Source: an uncultured Gemmatimonadales bacterium (GTDB lineage Bacteria; Gemmatimonadota; Gemmatimonadetes; Longimicrobiales; Gaopeijiaceae). From it: DNA of 64,000 nt. The notes below the pieces were generated by a model. That model did no database searches. It saw nothing but the letters and a program-made list of their open reading frames with translations, and was not told the DNA's origin. The position numbers were made by a program, and so were the translations under genes. The DNA lies in the NCBI GenBank assembly GCA_963823035.1, contig CAWGKG010000010.1, positions 352,001-416,000 on the forward strand, read 5' to 3'. The stretch's first letter is position 1; each line of letters starts with the position of its first letter. This document shows, piece after piece, positions 19,920 to 33,654 of the stretch.

Positions 19920-21238
19920 ACTTCTGGGGCCCCAGCATGTTCTTCGGGGCGCTGCTGCTCATCTTCAGCGGCTACCCGGTGGCGTTCGCCCTGGGTGGGA
20001 CCGCGCTGGCGTTCGCGCTCGTCGCTTCGCTCTTCGGCCACTTCGATCCGATCCTCCTGTACGCGCTTCCGGAGCGGACGTTCGGCACCATGTCGAACTA
20101 CACGCTCCTCGCCGTCCCCTTCTTCATCTTCATGGGTACGGTCCTGGAGAAGAGCCGCCTGGCGGAGCAGCTCCTGGAGACGATCGGCGCGCTCTTCGGC
20201 CGCTTCCGCGGAGGCCTGGCGCTCGGCGTGATCTTCGTGGGCGCGCTCCTGGCCGCGGCGACCGGGGTGGTGGGCGCGAGCGTGACCGCGATGGGGCTGA
20301 TCTCCCTCCCGGTCATGCTGCGCAACAACTACAAGGACTCGGTGAGCCTGGGCGTCATCGCGGCGTCCGGCACGCTCGGGCAGATCATCCCGCCCTCCAT
20401 CGTGCTGATCGTGCTCGGCGACCAGATGGGCGTGTCGGTCGGGTCGCTCTTCGGGGCCGCGCTGATCCCGGGGCTCGTGCTCACGGGGATGTACGCGCTC
20501 TACGTCGTGGTGCTCGCCTTCTTCCGCAAGGACGTGGCCCCGGCGCTCCCGCTGGAGCTGCGCTCGTCCGGGATGGAGCTCTTCCGCCGCGTGGTGGTGA
20601 GCCTGATGCCACCGCTCATCCTCATCGTGGTGGTGCTCGGCAGCATCTTCGCGGGCGTCGCGACGCCCACGGAGGCCGGCGCGCTCGGCGCCGTGGGCGC
20701 GATGATCCTCGCGGCGCTGAACCGGCAACTCTCCCTCGCCACGCTCAAGGCGGCCATGGAGGAGACCAGCCGCCTGACGATCATGGTCGTCTTCCTCCTG
20801 ATCGGCTCCACCGCCTTCTCGCTCGTCTTCCGCGGCCTGGACGGAGACATATGGATCGCCGACGCGCTCACCGGCGTGCCCGGCGGCGCCATCGGCTTCC
20901 TCCTCGTCGTGAACATGGTCGTGTTCTTCCTCGGCTTCTTCATCGACTTCTTCGAGATCGCCTTCATCATCGTGCCGCTGATCCTCGCCCCGGCCGACAT
21001 CCTCGGGATCGACCGTACCTGGCTCGGCATCGTGCTGGCCGTGAACCTGCAGACGTCGTTCCTCACCCCACCGTTCGGCTTCAGCCTCTTCTACCTGCGG
21101 GGCGTCACGCCGGAGCGGATCCCGACCACCGCGATCTACCGGGGGGTGGTGCCCTTCATCGTCATCCAGCTCGTGGTGCTGGCGGCGATGATCTTCTTCG
21201 CGCACCCGGACACGCCGGGCCTTCCCAGCCTTTTCTGA
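19916..21238 (+). CDS. TRAP transporter large permease (DctM family)
   Basis: GYPVAFALGG, LLAVPFFIFMG, GTLGQIIPPS, ATPTEAGA and QTSFLTPPFG. Confidence 0.95.
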   Translation: MNFWGPSMFFGALLLIFSGYPVAFALGGTALAFALVASLFGHFDPILLYALPERTFGTMSNYTLLAVPFFIFMGTVLEKSRLAEQLLETIGALFGRFRGGLALGVIFVGALLAAATGVVGASVTAMGLISLPVMLRNNYKDSVSLGVIAASGTLGQIIPPSIVLIVLGDQMGVSVGSLFGAALIPGLVLTGMYALYVVVLAFFRKDVAPALPLELRSSGMELFRRVVVSLMPPLILIVVVLGSIFAGVATPTEAGALGAVGAMILAALNRQLSLATLKAAMEETSRLTIMVVFLLIGSTAFSLVFRGLDGDIWIADALTGVPGGAIGFLLVVNMVVFFLGFFIDFFEIAFIIVPLILAPADILGIDRTWLGIVLAVNLQTSFLTPPFGFSLFYLRGVTPERIPTTAIYRGVVPFIVIQLVVLAAMIFFAHPDTPGLPSLF

Positions 21239-21245
21239 GACCCCG

Positions 21246-22814
21246 ATGTCGACGCCCCTGCTCAACCGATCGCCCGCCGGCCCGACGCTCGTCCTCCTCC
21301 TCGCCGCCGGCACGGTGGCGTGCGGTGGGGGAGGGGAGCCCCCGGCCTCCACCGCGGACGCCTCGGCCGAGATGGCGATCCCGCCGAACTTCCGCCCGAC
21401 TCAGCCCGACCTCTTCGGCGCCCCCGGCGGCCAGCCGAACGCCTGGGCGGACTACGACCACGACGGGGACCTCGACCTCTTCGTCGGGTTCCGCGGCGCG
21501 CCGAACCGGCTCTACCGCAATGACGCCACCACCTTCGTGGAGGTGGCCGCGGACGTGGGCCTCGCGGACGAGCCGGAGACGCGGGCGGCCGCCTGGGGCG
21601 ACTACGACGCGGACGGCGATCTCGACCTCTACGTCGGCTTCGCGGGCGCGGACGGCATCGCGAACCGCTTGTACAGGAACGACGACGGCGGCGCGCGCTT
21701 CGTGGACGTGGCGCCGGCGCTCGGGCTGGACCGGGTCGGTGTATCGCGCCAGCCGGTCTGGGTGGACTACGACGGAGACGGCGACGTCGACCTCTTCGTC
21801 GCCTTCCGGGACCAGCCGAATCGGCTCTACCGGAACGAGGGGGGCACCTTCACGGATGTGACGGACGCCTCCGGGATCGGCGATCCGCGGCGCACCGTGG
21901 GTGCCGTGTGGTTCGACATCGACGGGGACGCCGACCTCGACCTCTTCGTCGCCAACCAGGACGGCGACGAGGACGGCGTGTTCCGTAACCTCGGTGACGG
22001 CCGCTTCGAGGACGTGGCCGCCGCCCTGGGGATGAACGCTCCCGGTCGCGCCGACAGCGAGGGTGGCGTGGGCGTTGCGGTCGCCGACTACGACGACGAC
22101 GGGGACCTCGACCTCTTCGAGACGTGCTACGGACCGGACGTCCTCTGGCAGAACCAGGGGAACGGCACCTTCCGGAACGTGGCACCGGGCACGCCCCTCG
22201 CCGGCGACCACCACTCCGTGGCGGCCGCGTGGGGCGACTACGACAACGACGGCTGGGCGGACCTGTTCGTCGGCACCTTCCTGTCGAGCGAGCCGCAGGC
22301 GGCCGACCACCTCTTCCGCAACGTCGAGGGTGTGTTCGAGGACGTGACCCCGCCGGTGCTGCTCGAGAAGGGCGCGAGCCACGGAGTGGCGTGGGCCGAC
22401 TTCGACATGGACGGCGACGTCGACCTTGCGCTGGCGAACAACGACCCGGTGGAAGGGACGGATCCGCTCTACGTGAACGGCCTCCCCGCGGAGCGCGCCG
22501 GTCGCTCGCTCCAGGTGGCCGCGCTGGACGGCCAGGGCCGTTGGCTCCTCCCGGGCGCCGTGATCACGCTCTCGGCCGACCCCGCGCCGGGTCACCCCGC
22601 GGGGTTCACGGCGGCGCGGCTGATGGAGGCCGGCGGAGGGTATTCCTCTCAGGGAGCGACGCCCGTCCACTTCGGGCTTCCGCCATGGGTGCAGCGCGTG
22701 AGCGTCACGGCCACGTGGTTCCAGAAGGGACAGCGCCGGACCGCCACCGTGTCAGGCGTGGATCCGGCGCGGTTCCTCCACGCCTGGGTCGTGATGCGGC
22801 TGGGCGTGCAGTGA
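21246..22814 (+). CDS. CRTAC1-family lipoprotein with FG-GAP/VCBS repeats and ASPIC/UnbV-like tail
   Basis: Lipobox GTVAC; seven [A/G/V/F]D[Y/I/F]DxDGxxDL repeats with NRLYRN; GGGYSSQ...VHFGL C-terminus. Confidence 0.88.
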   Translation: MSTPLLNRSPAGPTLVLLLAAGTVACGGGGEPPASTADASAEMAIPPNFRPTQPDLFGAPGGQPNAWADYDHDGDLDLFVGFRGAPNRLYRNDATTFVEVAADVGLADEPETRAAAWGDYDADGDLDLYVGFAGADGIANRLYRNDDGGARFVDVAPALGLDRVGVSRQPVWVDYDGDGDVDLFVAFRDQPNRLYRNEGGTFTDVTDASGIGDPRRTVGAVWFDIDGDADLDLFVANQDGDEDGVFRNLGDGRFEDVAAALGMNAPGRADSEGGVGVAVADYDDDGDLDLFETCYGPDVLWQNQGNGTFRNVAPGTPLAGDHHSVAAAWGDYDNDGWADLFVGTFLSSEPQAADHLFRNVEGVFEDVTPPVLLEKGASHGVAWADFDMDGDVDLALANNDPVEGTDPLYVNGLPAERAGRSLQVAALDGQGRWLLPGAVITLSADPAPGHPAGFTAARLMEAGGGYSSQGATPVHFGLPPWVQRVSVTATWFQKGQRRTATVSGVDPARFLHAWVVMRLGVQ

Positions 22815-23447
22815 CGGCCCAACGGCGTCGGGCCGCACCCCCGACGCTCAAGCCGCGGGTCGCGCAGGGCGCCCTGGCACGCGACGAGGCCTTCGGGCCG
22901 TGGGTGGCGCGCATCGGACCGGTGCGCATGCCCCGTATCGAACAACCCGGCTTTCCGTACCTGGTGCGCTCGATCGTCTATCAACAGCTCGCGGGAAGGG
23001 CCGCCTCGACCATTCACGGACGGTTCGTGGGGGCGTGTGGCGGGAAGGTCACGCCCGGCTCGGTGAGGAAGGCGTCCGACGAGGCGCTGCGTGGCGGCCG
23101 GTCTGTCACGGGGGAAGCTGGCCGCCGTGCGCGACCTGGCGGACAAGGCCGGGTCCCTCCGGCTCGGCGCCCTCGCCTCCCTCGACGACGACGCGGTGGT
23201 CGAGCGCCTGACCACGGTGCGAGGCATCGGGCGGTGGACCGCCCAGATGTTCCTGATCTTCGCGCTGCGCCGCCCGGACGTCTGGCCCACGGGGGACCTG
23301 GGTGTGCGCGCGGGTTACGCGCGCATCATGGGCCTGGAGGAGCCGCCGCGCGAGAAGGAGATGGAGCCGCTGGGCGAACCCTATCGCCCGCATCGAAGCG
23401 CCGCCGCCTGGTACTGCTGGCGGGCGCTCGAGACCGAAGCACCTTGA
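22811..23447 (+). CDS. DNA-3-methyladenine glycosylase 2 (AlkA/HhH-GPD) family (apparent frameshift near 23090)
   Basis: LVRSIVYQQLAGRAASTIHGR, RGIGRWTAQMFLIF, DVWPTGDLGVR and PYRPHRSAAAWYCW. Confidence 0.9.
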
Positions 23448-23576
23448 AAGGGGCAAGGTGACGCGGGAACCTCCGTCCCGGATCGGGGATTGTCCTGATC
23501 GGGCCTGTTCGGGCCTCACCACACTGGATGAGAGGGCCCGCCTCCCCGCACCTCTCCGACCCACGGAGAACCATCG

Positions 23577-23954
23577 ATGGAGATGAGGATCGTCTTCCCG
23601 GGAGGGGACCGCGTCGACGCGTTGATGGGCAACACGACCGTCTCGACCGACCAGAACGGGACCGCCCCCACCCCCTTCGGGCTCTTCCTCGCGTCGATCG
23701 GCACGTGCGCCGGAATCTACGTGCTCGGCTTCTGCCGGCACCGCGGCCTGCCGACGGACGGGATCGAGATCGTTCAGCGCATGCACACCAACCCGGTGAC
23801 CCGGATGATCGAGCAGGTGGACCTCGACATCGTGGTCCCGCCCGACTTCCCGGCGAAGTACCACGAGGCGTTGATCCGCGCGGCGGACCAGTGCGCGGTG
23901 AAGAAGCACCTCGAACAGCCGCCGAGCTTCAACGTCCGGACGAAGGTGGTGTGA
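23577..23954 (+). CDS. OsmC family protein
   Basis: TDQ...APTPFGLFLASIGTCAG and ADQCAVKKHL; two conserved Cys. Confidence 0.88.
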   Translation: MEMRIVFPGGDRVDALMGNTTVSTDQNGTAPTPFGLFLASIGTCAGIYVLGFCRHRGLPTDGIEIVQRMHTNPVTRMIEQVDLDIVVPPDFPAKYHEALIRAADQCAVKKHLEQPPSFNVRTKVV

Positions 23955-25647
23955 CGGGATCCTGGTCCGGGCGAGATCCGTCGTCGATCGCGTTCCGCGC
24001 CAGCCTCACCGAAGTCTCGATGACGTGACGCAGGGAGCCGGGGATGCTCTCCGGGCCCCTGCGCGTGCTCTCCTCCGCCACGGTGAGGGCGAGGTACGGC
24101 TTCGAGTGGCGGCGGATGGCGCGGGTGACGATGTGGTGGGCGTTGAGCTTCTTGCCGTCGACGTGCGTGCCCGCGTCCTCGGGCAAGCCGGCCGCGCGCC
24201 GGTACACGTCGGCGAAGCCGCCGTGCCAGAGCTCCAGCTCCACGTTGCGGCGGCGCAGACGGGTGACGTGCTGCTTCGCGGGTCGTGATCCCAGGTAGCC
24301 TCGCGCCTCGCGCGCGTAGCCGGCACCGGAGTCGTCTCCGTCGGTGACGAGGTGCCACTCGATGTGCAGGTCGTCCGCCAGCCGCACCAGCGGCTCGACC
24401 CCGCACTGGGCGAACTCGACGCAGCGTACGCCTTCGGATTCGAGGTCGTAGCCCATCACCTGCGCGAGCTGGCGCACGAGCCAGAACTCCGTCTCCCCCT
24501 CCACCAACAGCCAGCAGCGGGCGAAGAGGGCCGAGCCCCGCCTGGCGCGGATGTGGTAGCCGACGCGGCGCATCCCCTCCGCCGACAGCGTCCGCTGCCC
24601 CAGGCGGTGGGCGTCGATGCGTCCGTCGCGGCGCACGAGCCGGCGCAGGAGGGGGAGGGGCACGTTGGAGAGGAACTCCCCCGAGTTCGTGATCACGAGC
24701 GTCTGGGCCCGCAGCTTCTCGATCACATCCCAGGTGGAGGCCACCATCATGGGGTGGAGGTGCACCTCGGGCTCCTCGATGGCGAGGAGCGGCTCCGCGT
24801 CGGGGGAGAGCACGGCCTCTCCACGCACGTCGATGAGGGAGCCGAGCACGAGAAGGAGCCCCAGCGCGTGGCTCCCGCTACCGGGTCGAGGCCGCCCACG
24901 GCGCCCGGCGTCGCCGTGTCCGTGCTCCACGAGCGGATCGAGGATGCCCCCCAACGCGCCCGGATCCGTCAGGTAGCGCTCGACCAGCGTCGTGCGCAGG
25001 CTGTGCATGGACTGGAGGGCCCTGCGCACGTCCTCCGGCGGAACGGGTCCGCGGGCCTCCGCGAGGCGACGGTACACGCGCGCGATGTCCTGCTCGGAGT
25101 GGCGTTCGCTGCCACCGTCCTCGTCGCGGTCCTCGGCGCGGCTCCATTCCAGCGGGACGTGCGCGTGCGGCTGGGCCATGCGGACGACCAGCACCGGATG
25201 CTGCTGGCGCAGCCTGGAGAGCACGATCGCGTGCGGCTGGGGATCGAGCGGCTTCTCGTCGGCGTCGACGAAGCGCCCGTGCATGGCTCCGGTCGCGGGG
25301 TCGCCGGTGAACTCCGCGCGCACGACGTCCTTTCCCGCGGCACCGCGCACCGTCGCCATGTCGAACACGCTCGGGCGTCCCCCGGGTCGGTCCGGGTCCT
25401 CCTCCCGCAGGAAGGTGAGGAGCACGCGGATGGGCGCGGGCGTCGATGCGCTCGTACGCCGGAAGTCGGACGCCTCGAAATGCGTCGGTGTGGGCGCGTC
25501 CGGCCGCCCGAGGCAGCGTTCCAGGACGTCGAAGAGGCTCGACTTGCCGTGGTTGTTCTCACCGATGACCACGGTGAGGCGTTCGAGGCTCAGCTCCAGC
25601 CGGCCGATCCCCCGGAAGTCCTCGATGAGGACGTGCGCGAGACGCAT
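23929..25647 (-). CDS. OLD-family ATP-dependent endonuclease (YbjD/DUF2813-like; ABC ATPase + TOPRIM)
   Basis: IEDFRGI, Walker A GENNHGKS, Walker B IEEPEVHLHP, TOPRIM CWLLVEGETE and DGDDSG. Confidence 0.9.
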   Translation of the reverse strand: MRLAHVLIEDFRGIGRLELSLERLTVVIGENNHGKSSLFDVLERCLGRPDAPTPTHFEASDFRRTSASTPAPIRVLLTFLREEDPDRPGGRPSVFDMATVRGAAGKDVVRAEFTGDPATGAMHGRFVDADEKPLDPQPHAIVLSRLRQQHPVLVVRMAQPHAHVPLEWSRAEDRDEDGGSERHSEQDIARVYRRLAEARGPVPPEDVRRALQSMHSLRTTLVERYLTDPGALGGILDPLVEHGHGDAGRRGRPRPGSGSHALGLLLVLGSLIDVRGEAVLSPDAEPLLAIEEPEVHLHPMMVASTWDVIEKLRAQTLVITNSGEFLSNVPLPLLRRLVRRDGRIDAHRLGQRTLSAEGMRRVGYHIRARRGSALFARCWLLVEGETEFWLVRQLAQVMGYDLESEGVRCVEFAQCGVEPLVRLADDLHIEWHLVTDGDDSGAGYAREARGYLGSRPAKQHVTRLRRRNVELELWHGGFADVYRRAAGLPEDAGTHVDGKKLNAHHIVTRAIRRHSKPYLALTVAEESTRRGPESIPGSLRHVIETSVRLARNAIDDGSRPDQDPVTPPSSGR

Positions 25648-25660
25648 GGGCGAAGCCCGG

Positions 25661-26806
<1,146 letters not shown>

Positions 26807-26970
26807 CCGGCGAGCCTCTCTCTCGGGGGCGAGCGCGCCGTCTCGGCGCGTTTCGGCAGGTCGCTAAGGTACGGTGCGGCGGCCGCGGGGCAATCGGCGC
26901 GCCGGCGCTGGCGCGAGGGACGTCATGCGGGGATCTTCTGTCGGTCCACCTCAACGCCCGGAGCCCTTCC

Positions 26971-28680
26971 ATGCGCCTCGTGCCGATCGCCCGCTTCCCG
27001 CTCACCTCCACGCTCGCGCTGCTGCTCGCCTTCGGCGGCGCCGGCGTGGCAGCCCAGACCTCCGAACCGGTACGGGCCGGCTCGGGGATGGTCGTGTCCG
27101 AGCACTGGCTGGCCAGCGAGGCGGGGCGCGACGTGCTGGCCGCGGGAGGCAACGCGGTGGACGCGGCGATCGCCACGGGCTTCGCCCTGGCCGTGACGCA
27201 TCCCTCCGCGGGCAACATCGGCGGGGGCGGCTTCATGGTGATCCGCTTCCCGGACGGCACGGCCACCACGATCGACTTCCGCGAGAAGGCTCCGCTGGCG
27301 GCCGACCCGGACATGTGGCTGGACGAGAGCGGCGAGTACTCCGCGCGTATCCACCACAACAGCCACAAGGCGGTGGGCGTGCCCGGCACGGTGGCGGGAT
27401 GGGACAAGGCGCACCGCCTCTACGGGGCGATGGACTGGCGGCGGCTGGTGGCGCCGGCGGTGAAGCTCGCCGAGAAGGGCTTCAAGCTCAGCGACCGCCA
27501 GGCCGAGAGCTTCGCGTCGCTGATCCAACGCATGGACGACGTCCCCGCCACCGTGGCCAAGTTCTCGAAGAACGGCACGCCCTACGCGGAGGGGGACACG
27601 TGGAGGCAGCCCGATCTGGCGAAGACGCTCCGCCGCATCCAGGAGAACGGCCGCGACGGGTTCTACCGCGGGGAGACCGCGCGGCTCATCGCCGAGGAGA
27701 TGAAGCGCGGTGGCGGCCTCATCACCGAGCAGGACCTCGAGATCTACCGTGCCAGCGAGCGGACGCCCATCCGTGGCACGTACCGCGGCTACGACATCAT
27801 CGGCATGCCGCCGCCCAGCTCGGGCGGCGTCGCGATCGTCGAGATGCTGAACATGCTCGAGGGCTACGACCTGTCGTCGATGCAGCACGACGGGGCGCCC
27901 TACATCCACACGCTCACCGAGGTGATGCGCCGCGCATTCCGCGACCGCGCCGAGTACCTCGCCGACGTCGATTTCGTGGACGTGCCCGTGCACAGGCTCA
28001 CGAGCAAGGAGCACGCGGAGCGGGTCGCGGCGGACATCCTCCCCGAACGGGCGTCGGTGTCCACGCCGGCGGACCTCGACCTGAGGTACGAGAGCCCCGA
28101 GACCACGCACTTCTCGGTGGTGGACAAGGACGGGATGGCGGTCTCGGTCACCTACACCCTGGAGCAGGGCTACGGCGTCGGGATCGTGGTGCCCGGCGCG
28201 GGCTTCCTCCTCAACAACGAGATGGGCGACTTCAACGCCGGGCCGGGGCTGACGAACGAGCGCGGCCTCATCGGCACGCCGCCCAACCTCGCCCGCCCGC
28301 AGCAGCGCATGCTGTCGTCGATGAGCCCGAGCATCGTCGCGAAGGACGGGGAGCTGGTGGCGGTGGTGGGGAGCCCCGGTGGGCGGACGATCATCAACAC
28401 CGTGCTCGAGGTGATCCTCAACGTCGTCGACTTCGGGATGAACATCCAGGAGGCCGTGAACGCCCCGCGCATCCACCATCAGTGGCTGCCCGACGTGACC
28501 CGGATCGAGGAGGGGGGCGCGGACCCGGCGACCGTGGCGGCGCTCGAGGCCATGGGCCACGCCGTCACCGTGGGCGGGCATCAGGGGATGGCGCACTGCA
28601 TCATGATCGATCCGGCCACGGGCGAGCGGCTCGGGGCGGCCGATCCGCGCAACCCGGACTCAGGGGCTCGCGGCTACTGA
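26971..28680 (+). CDS. ggt: gamma-glutamyltransferase
   Basis: GGNAVDAA, GNIGGGGF, DFREKAP, PPPSSGG, autocleavage ETTHFSVVD, LNNEMGDF, SSMSP and GSPGG. Confidence 0.96.
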   Translation: MRLVPIARFPLTSTLALLLAFGGAGVAAQTSEPVRAGSGMVVSEHWLASEAGRDVLAAGGNAVDAAIATGFALAVTHPSAGNIGGGGFMVIRFPDGTATTIDFREKAPLAADPDMWLDESGEYSARIHHNSHKAVGVPGTVAGWDKAHRLYGAMDWRRLVAPAVKLAEKGFKLSDRQAESFASLIQRMDDVPATVAKFSKNGTPYAEGDTWRQPDLAKTLRRIQENGRDGFYRGETARLIAEEMKRGGGLITEQDLEIYRASERTPIRGTYRGYDIIGMPPPSSGGVAIVEMLNMLEGYDLSSMQHDGAPYIHTLTEVMRRAFRDRAEYLADVDFVDVPVHRLTSKEHAERVAADILPERASVSTPADLDLRYESPETTHFSVVDKDGMAVSVTYTLEQGYGVGIVVPGAGFLLNNEMGDFNAGPGLTNERGLIGTPPNLARPQQRMLSSMSPSIVAKDGELVAVVGSPGGRTIINTVLEVILNVVDFGMNIQEAVNAPRIHHQWLPDVTRIEEGGADPATVAALEAMGHAVTVGGHQGMAHCIMIDPATGERLGAADPRNPDSGARGY

Positions 28681-28807
28681 CGTTCCGTGCGGTTCACGCG
28701 GCGCGCCGGCGCGCGGGGATGTTGCAGAAGGGGAACACGCACCCGCCGTTTTCGTGTACATTGTCAGCGAACCACATCGGGTCCCCGAGGACCGAAGGAA
28801 CACGAAC

Positions 28808-29347
28808 GTGAGCATCCTGCCCATTCTGGCCCACGTGGCCGTTGTCGCGTCCCTCTCCCTCCCGGCCGGTGTCGCCCAGCAGATGGGCACGCCGACGGTG
28901 CAGCAGCGCGAGGGCCACTACCACGAAGGCGTCCTGGGCCAGCAGTACCTCGAGGTCGAGCAATCCCTCCGCTGCAACTGCGGCTGTGGGCTGGACGTGC
29001 ACACCTGCCAGTTCCAGATGCAGTGTGGCACCTCGCCCGTCTGGTCGGCCCGCATCCGCAAGCAGCTCGAGCAGGGCGAGACGCCCGAGGCGATCAAGGC
29101 CGGCTTCGTCGCGGAGTTCGGCGAGACCGTGCTGATGGCCCCGCCCGCCGAGGGCTTCAACCTGGTCGGCTATCTCCTCCCGGGGGTGGCGATCCTGAGC
29201 GCGGGGGTTCTCGTCGGTCTGGTCGCCAAGGGCGGTACGGCGACCAAGGAGGGGTTGGCGCCGGTGCTCGACCCCTCGGACGAGGAGGAAGCGCTTCTGG
29301 CCGCCGAGCTGAGGCGTCTGGAAGAGGCCGAGAGCCCCGACTGGTAG
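28808..29347 (+). CDS. CcmH/NrfF-like cytochrome c biogenesis protein, Cys-rich variant
   Basis: Signal peptide, LRCNCGCGLDVHTC, G.TPEAIKAGFVAEFGETVLMAPP, a TM segment and an acidic tail. Confidence 0.75.
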   Translation: MSILPILAHVAVVASLSLPAGVAQQMGTPTVQQREGHYHEGVLGQQYLEVEQSLRCNCGCGLDVHTCQFQMQCGTSPVWSARIRKQLEQGETPEAIKAGFVAEFGETVLMAPPAEGFNLVGYLLPGVAILSAGVLVGLVAKGGTATKEGLAPVLDPSDEEEALLAAELRRLEEAESPDW

Positions 29348-29425
29348 GCTTCATCGCCCCGTACGGGGTGTGACGACGCCGCAGGCGCGGTAAGGCCCGC
29401 GTCCGGGGCCGGAGACGACGGGCCC

Positions 29426-31509
<2,084 letters not shown>

Positions 31510-31526
<17 letters not shown>

Positions 31527-32442
31527 GCCAGCCCCGCGTGTCCTCGACCTCCCCGCGGACGGTCTGCAGAAAGCGCTTCTGGATGGCCATCGTGATCGGT
31601 CCGGCCTTCCCGCTCCCGACCGGGATCCGGTCGACGCTGCGGATCGGGGTGACCTCGGACGCCGTGCCCGTGAAGAACAGCTCGTCGGCGGTGTAGAGGC
31701 TCTCGCGCGGCACGTCCTGCTCGCGGACGCCGTAGCCCAGGTCCTCCGCGATCGCCAGCACGGCCGTGCGGGTGATGCCCGCCAGCGAGGTGCCGTCCAG
31801 GAAGGGCGTGATCACGATGCCGTCGCGCACGAGGAAGAGGTTCTGGCCGCTCCCCTCGCTCACCAGCCCGCTCGGGCCCAGCGCGATGCCCTCCACGTAG
31901 CCGTTCGTCACGGCCTCCATCTTGATGAGCTGCGCGTTCACGTAGTGGCCGGCGGCCTTCGCCTGGACCGGGAAGGTGTTGGGATGGGCCCGGTTCCACG
32001 ACGAGACGCACACGTCCACGCCCTGGGCCAGCGCCTCCTCGCCCAGGTAGGCGCCCCACGGCCAGGCGGCCACGTACGTCTCCAGCGGGCTGTCCACCGG
32101 GTTCATCCCGGCGGAGCCGTACCCCCAGAGCACCATCGGGCGCACGTAGCAGTTCTTCAGATCGTTCTTCCGCACCGTGTCCCGGCACGCCTCCACGAGG
32201 GTCTCCTCGGCGTGGGCGAGCGGCATGCGATAGATCCTGCACGAGTCGTGCAGCCTGCGGATATGCTCCCTGAGCCGGAAGATCGCCGGACCCTTCGCCG
32301 TCTCGTAGCAGCGGATGCCCTCGAACACCGAGGACCCGAACTGCACGGCCACGGACAGGAGGTGCACCTGCGCGTCCTGCCAGGCCACGAACGCCCCGTC
32401 CTTCCAGATCCACTCCGCAGCGGTCAGCCCCGACGTGCCCAT
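31510..32442 (-). CDS. ilvE: branched-chain amino acid aminotransferase
   Basis: SVFEGIRCY, YVRP, AKAAGHYVN, SEGSGQNLF, LAGITR and ADELFFTGTASEVTPI. Confidence 0.93.
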
Positions 32443-32479
32443 TGCATGCCTTCCTTTCGGATCGATTCGGATCGACTTC

Positions 32480-33271
32480 CTAGAACAGTCCCTTGATCCA
32501 ACCTCCGTCCGCCGCCACCGACTGGCCGGTGACGTAGGACGCCTTCTCCGAGCACAGGAACGCCGCCAGCGCCCCGAGCTCCTCCGGCTCGCCCAGGCGC
32601 CCCATCGGCACCTCCTCGGCCCACCCCGCGTAGATCTCCTCGATCGACGCACCGGACCGTCCGGCGTTGGCCTCGGCGAGGTCCACGAGCCGCTCCGTGC
32701 GCGTGTAGCCGGGCAGCACGCAGTTCACGGTGACGCCGAAGGGCGCTGCCTCGTTCGAGATCGTCTTCGCGAAGCCGGTCACGGCGGCGCGCAGCGAGTT
32801 CGACAGGATGAGCCCGCCCACCGGCTGCTTCACCGAGATCGACGTCACGTTCACGATCCGGCCCCAGCGCCGCTCCTTCATCTCCGGGAGGACGGCGCGC
32901 ACCAGGTGCACGACGCTCTCCAGGTTGTTGGCGATGGCGGCGCGCCACGTCTCGTGCGAGTGGTCCTCGAAGGGCCCGGAAGGAGGTCCGCCGGTGTTCG
33001 TGACCAGGATGTCGATCTTCCCGAGCGCCGCACGCGCCTCCGCGACGAGCCGTTCGATGTCCCTCGGGTCCGTGAGGTCCGCAGCGACCGCTACCACCTT
33101 CGCGCCCGTGGCCCCGGCGATCTCGTCGCGCACCGCGTCGAGCTTCTCCGCGGAACGTCCGTTGACGACCACGCCCGCCCCCTCGGCCGCCAGCGCGTCG
33201 GCGATCGCGCGCCCGAGCCCCTGGCTCGACCCGCACACCAGGGCGCCGCGGCCCTTCAGTCCCAGGTCCAT
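32480..33271 (-). CDS. SDR oxidoreductase
   Basis: MDLGLKGRGALVCGSSQGLG, NTGGPP, LSNSLR and YVTGQSVAADGG. Confidence 0.9.
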   Translation of the reverse strand: MDLGLKGRGALVCGSSQGLGRAIADALAAEGAGVVVNGRSAEKLDAVRDEIAGATGAKVVAVAADLTDPRDIERLVAEARAALGKIDILVTNTGGPPSGPFEDHSHETWRAAIANNLESVVHLVRAVLPEMKERRWGRIVNVTSISVKQPVGGLILSNSLRAAVTGFAKTISNEAAPFGVTVNCVLPGYTRTERLVDLAEANAGRSGASIEEIYAGWAEEVPMGRLGEPEELGALAAFLCSEKASYVTGQSVAADGGWIKGLF

Positions 33272-33273
33272 GG

Positions 33274-33654
33274 CTACTTCTTGTGGAAGTACGTGTCCGT
33301 GCCGTCCAGCCAGTCCTGCCGCGGAGGGCTGAACACGTCCACGTCGAAGGTGTCCTCCAGCGCCTCGGCCTTGTGGGGCACGTGCGAGGGGATGTAGAGG
33401 ACCTCGCCGGCCTTCACGACCAGCTCCTGCCGATCGGGCGCGTCCTCGGCGCCGATCCAGAAGCGGAGCGCGCCCTCGAGGATGTAGGTGAGCTGCTCGT
33501 TCTCGTGCTCGTGCGTCGGCACGATCGCGCCTTTGTCCAGGTAGACGTGCGCGAGCATCATCCGCTCGCCGGTGAAGAGGCGGCGGTGGATCGTGTCGGT
33601 GACCTTCTCCCGCGGCATGTCCTCCCAGCGGGCGTGTCGGACGGAAGCGCTCAT
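33274..33654 (-). CDS. cupin domain protein
   Basis: HEHENEQLTYILEG, IPSHVPH and DVFSPPRQDW. Confidence 0.9.
   Translation of the reverse strand: MSASVRHARWEDMPREKVTDTIHRRLFTGERMMLAHVYLDKGAIVPTHEHENEQLTYILEGALRFWIGAEDAPDRQELVVKAGEVLYIPSHVPHKAEALEDTFDVDVFSPPRQDWLDGTDTYFHKK

Noticed and set aside
21440..22430. Recurring GACTACGAC...GACCTCGACCTCT units resembling a CRISPR or DNA repeat array
   Set aside because: They are degenerate, in-frame coding repeats of the FG-GAP/VCBS motifs. No cas genes are present.
23929..25647. Gabija or retron defence system
   Set aside because: No UvrD-like GajB, reverse transcriptase or msr-msd is adjacent.
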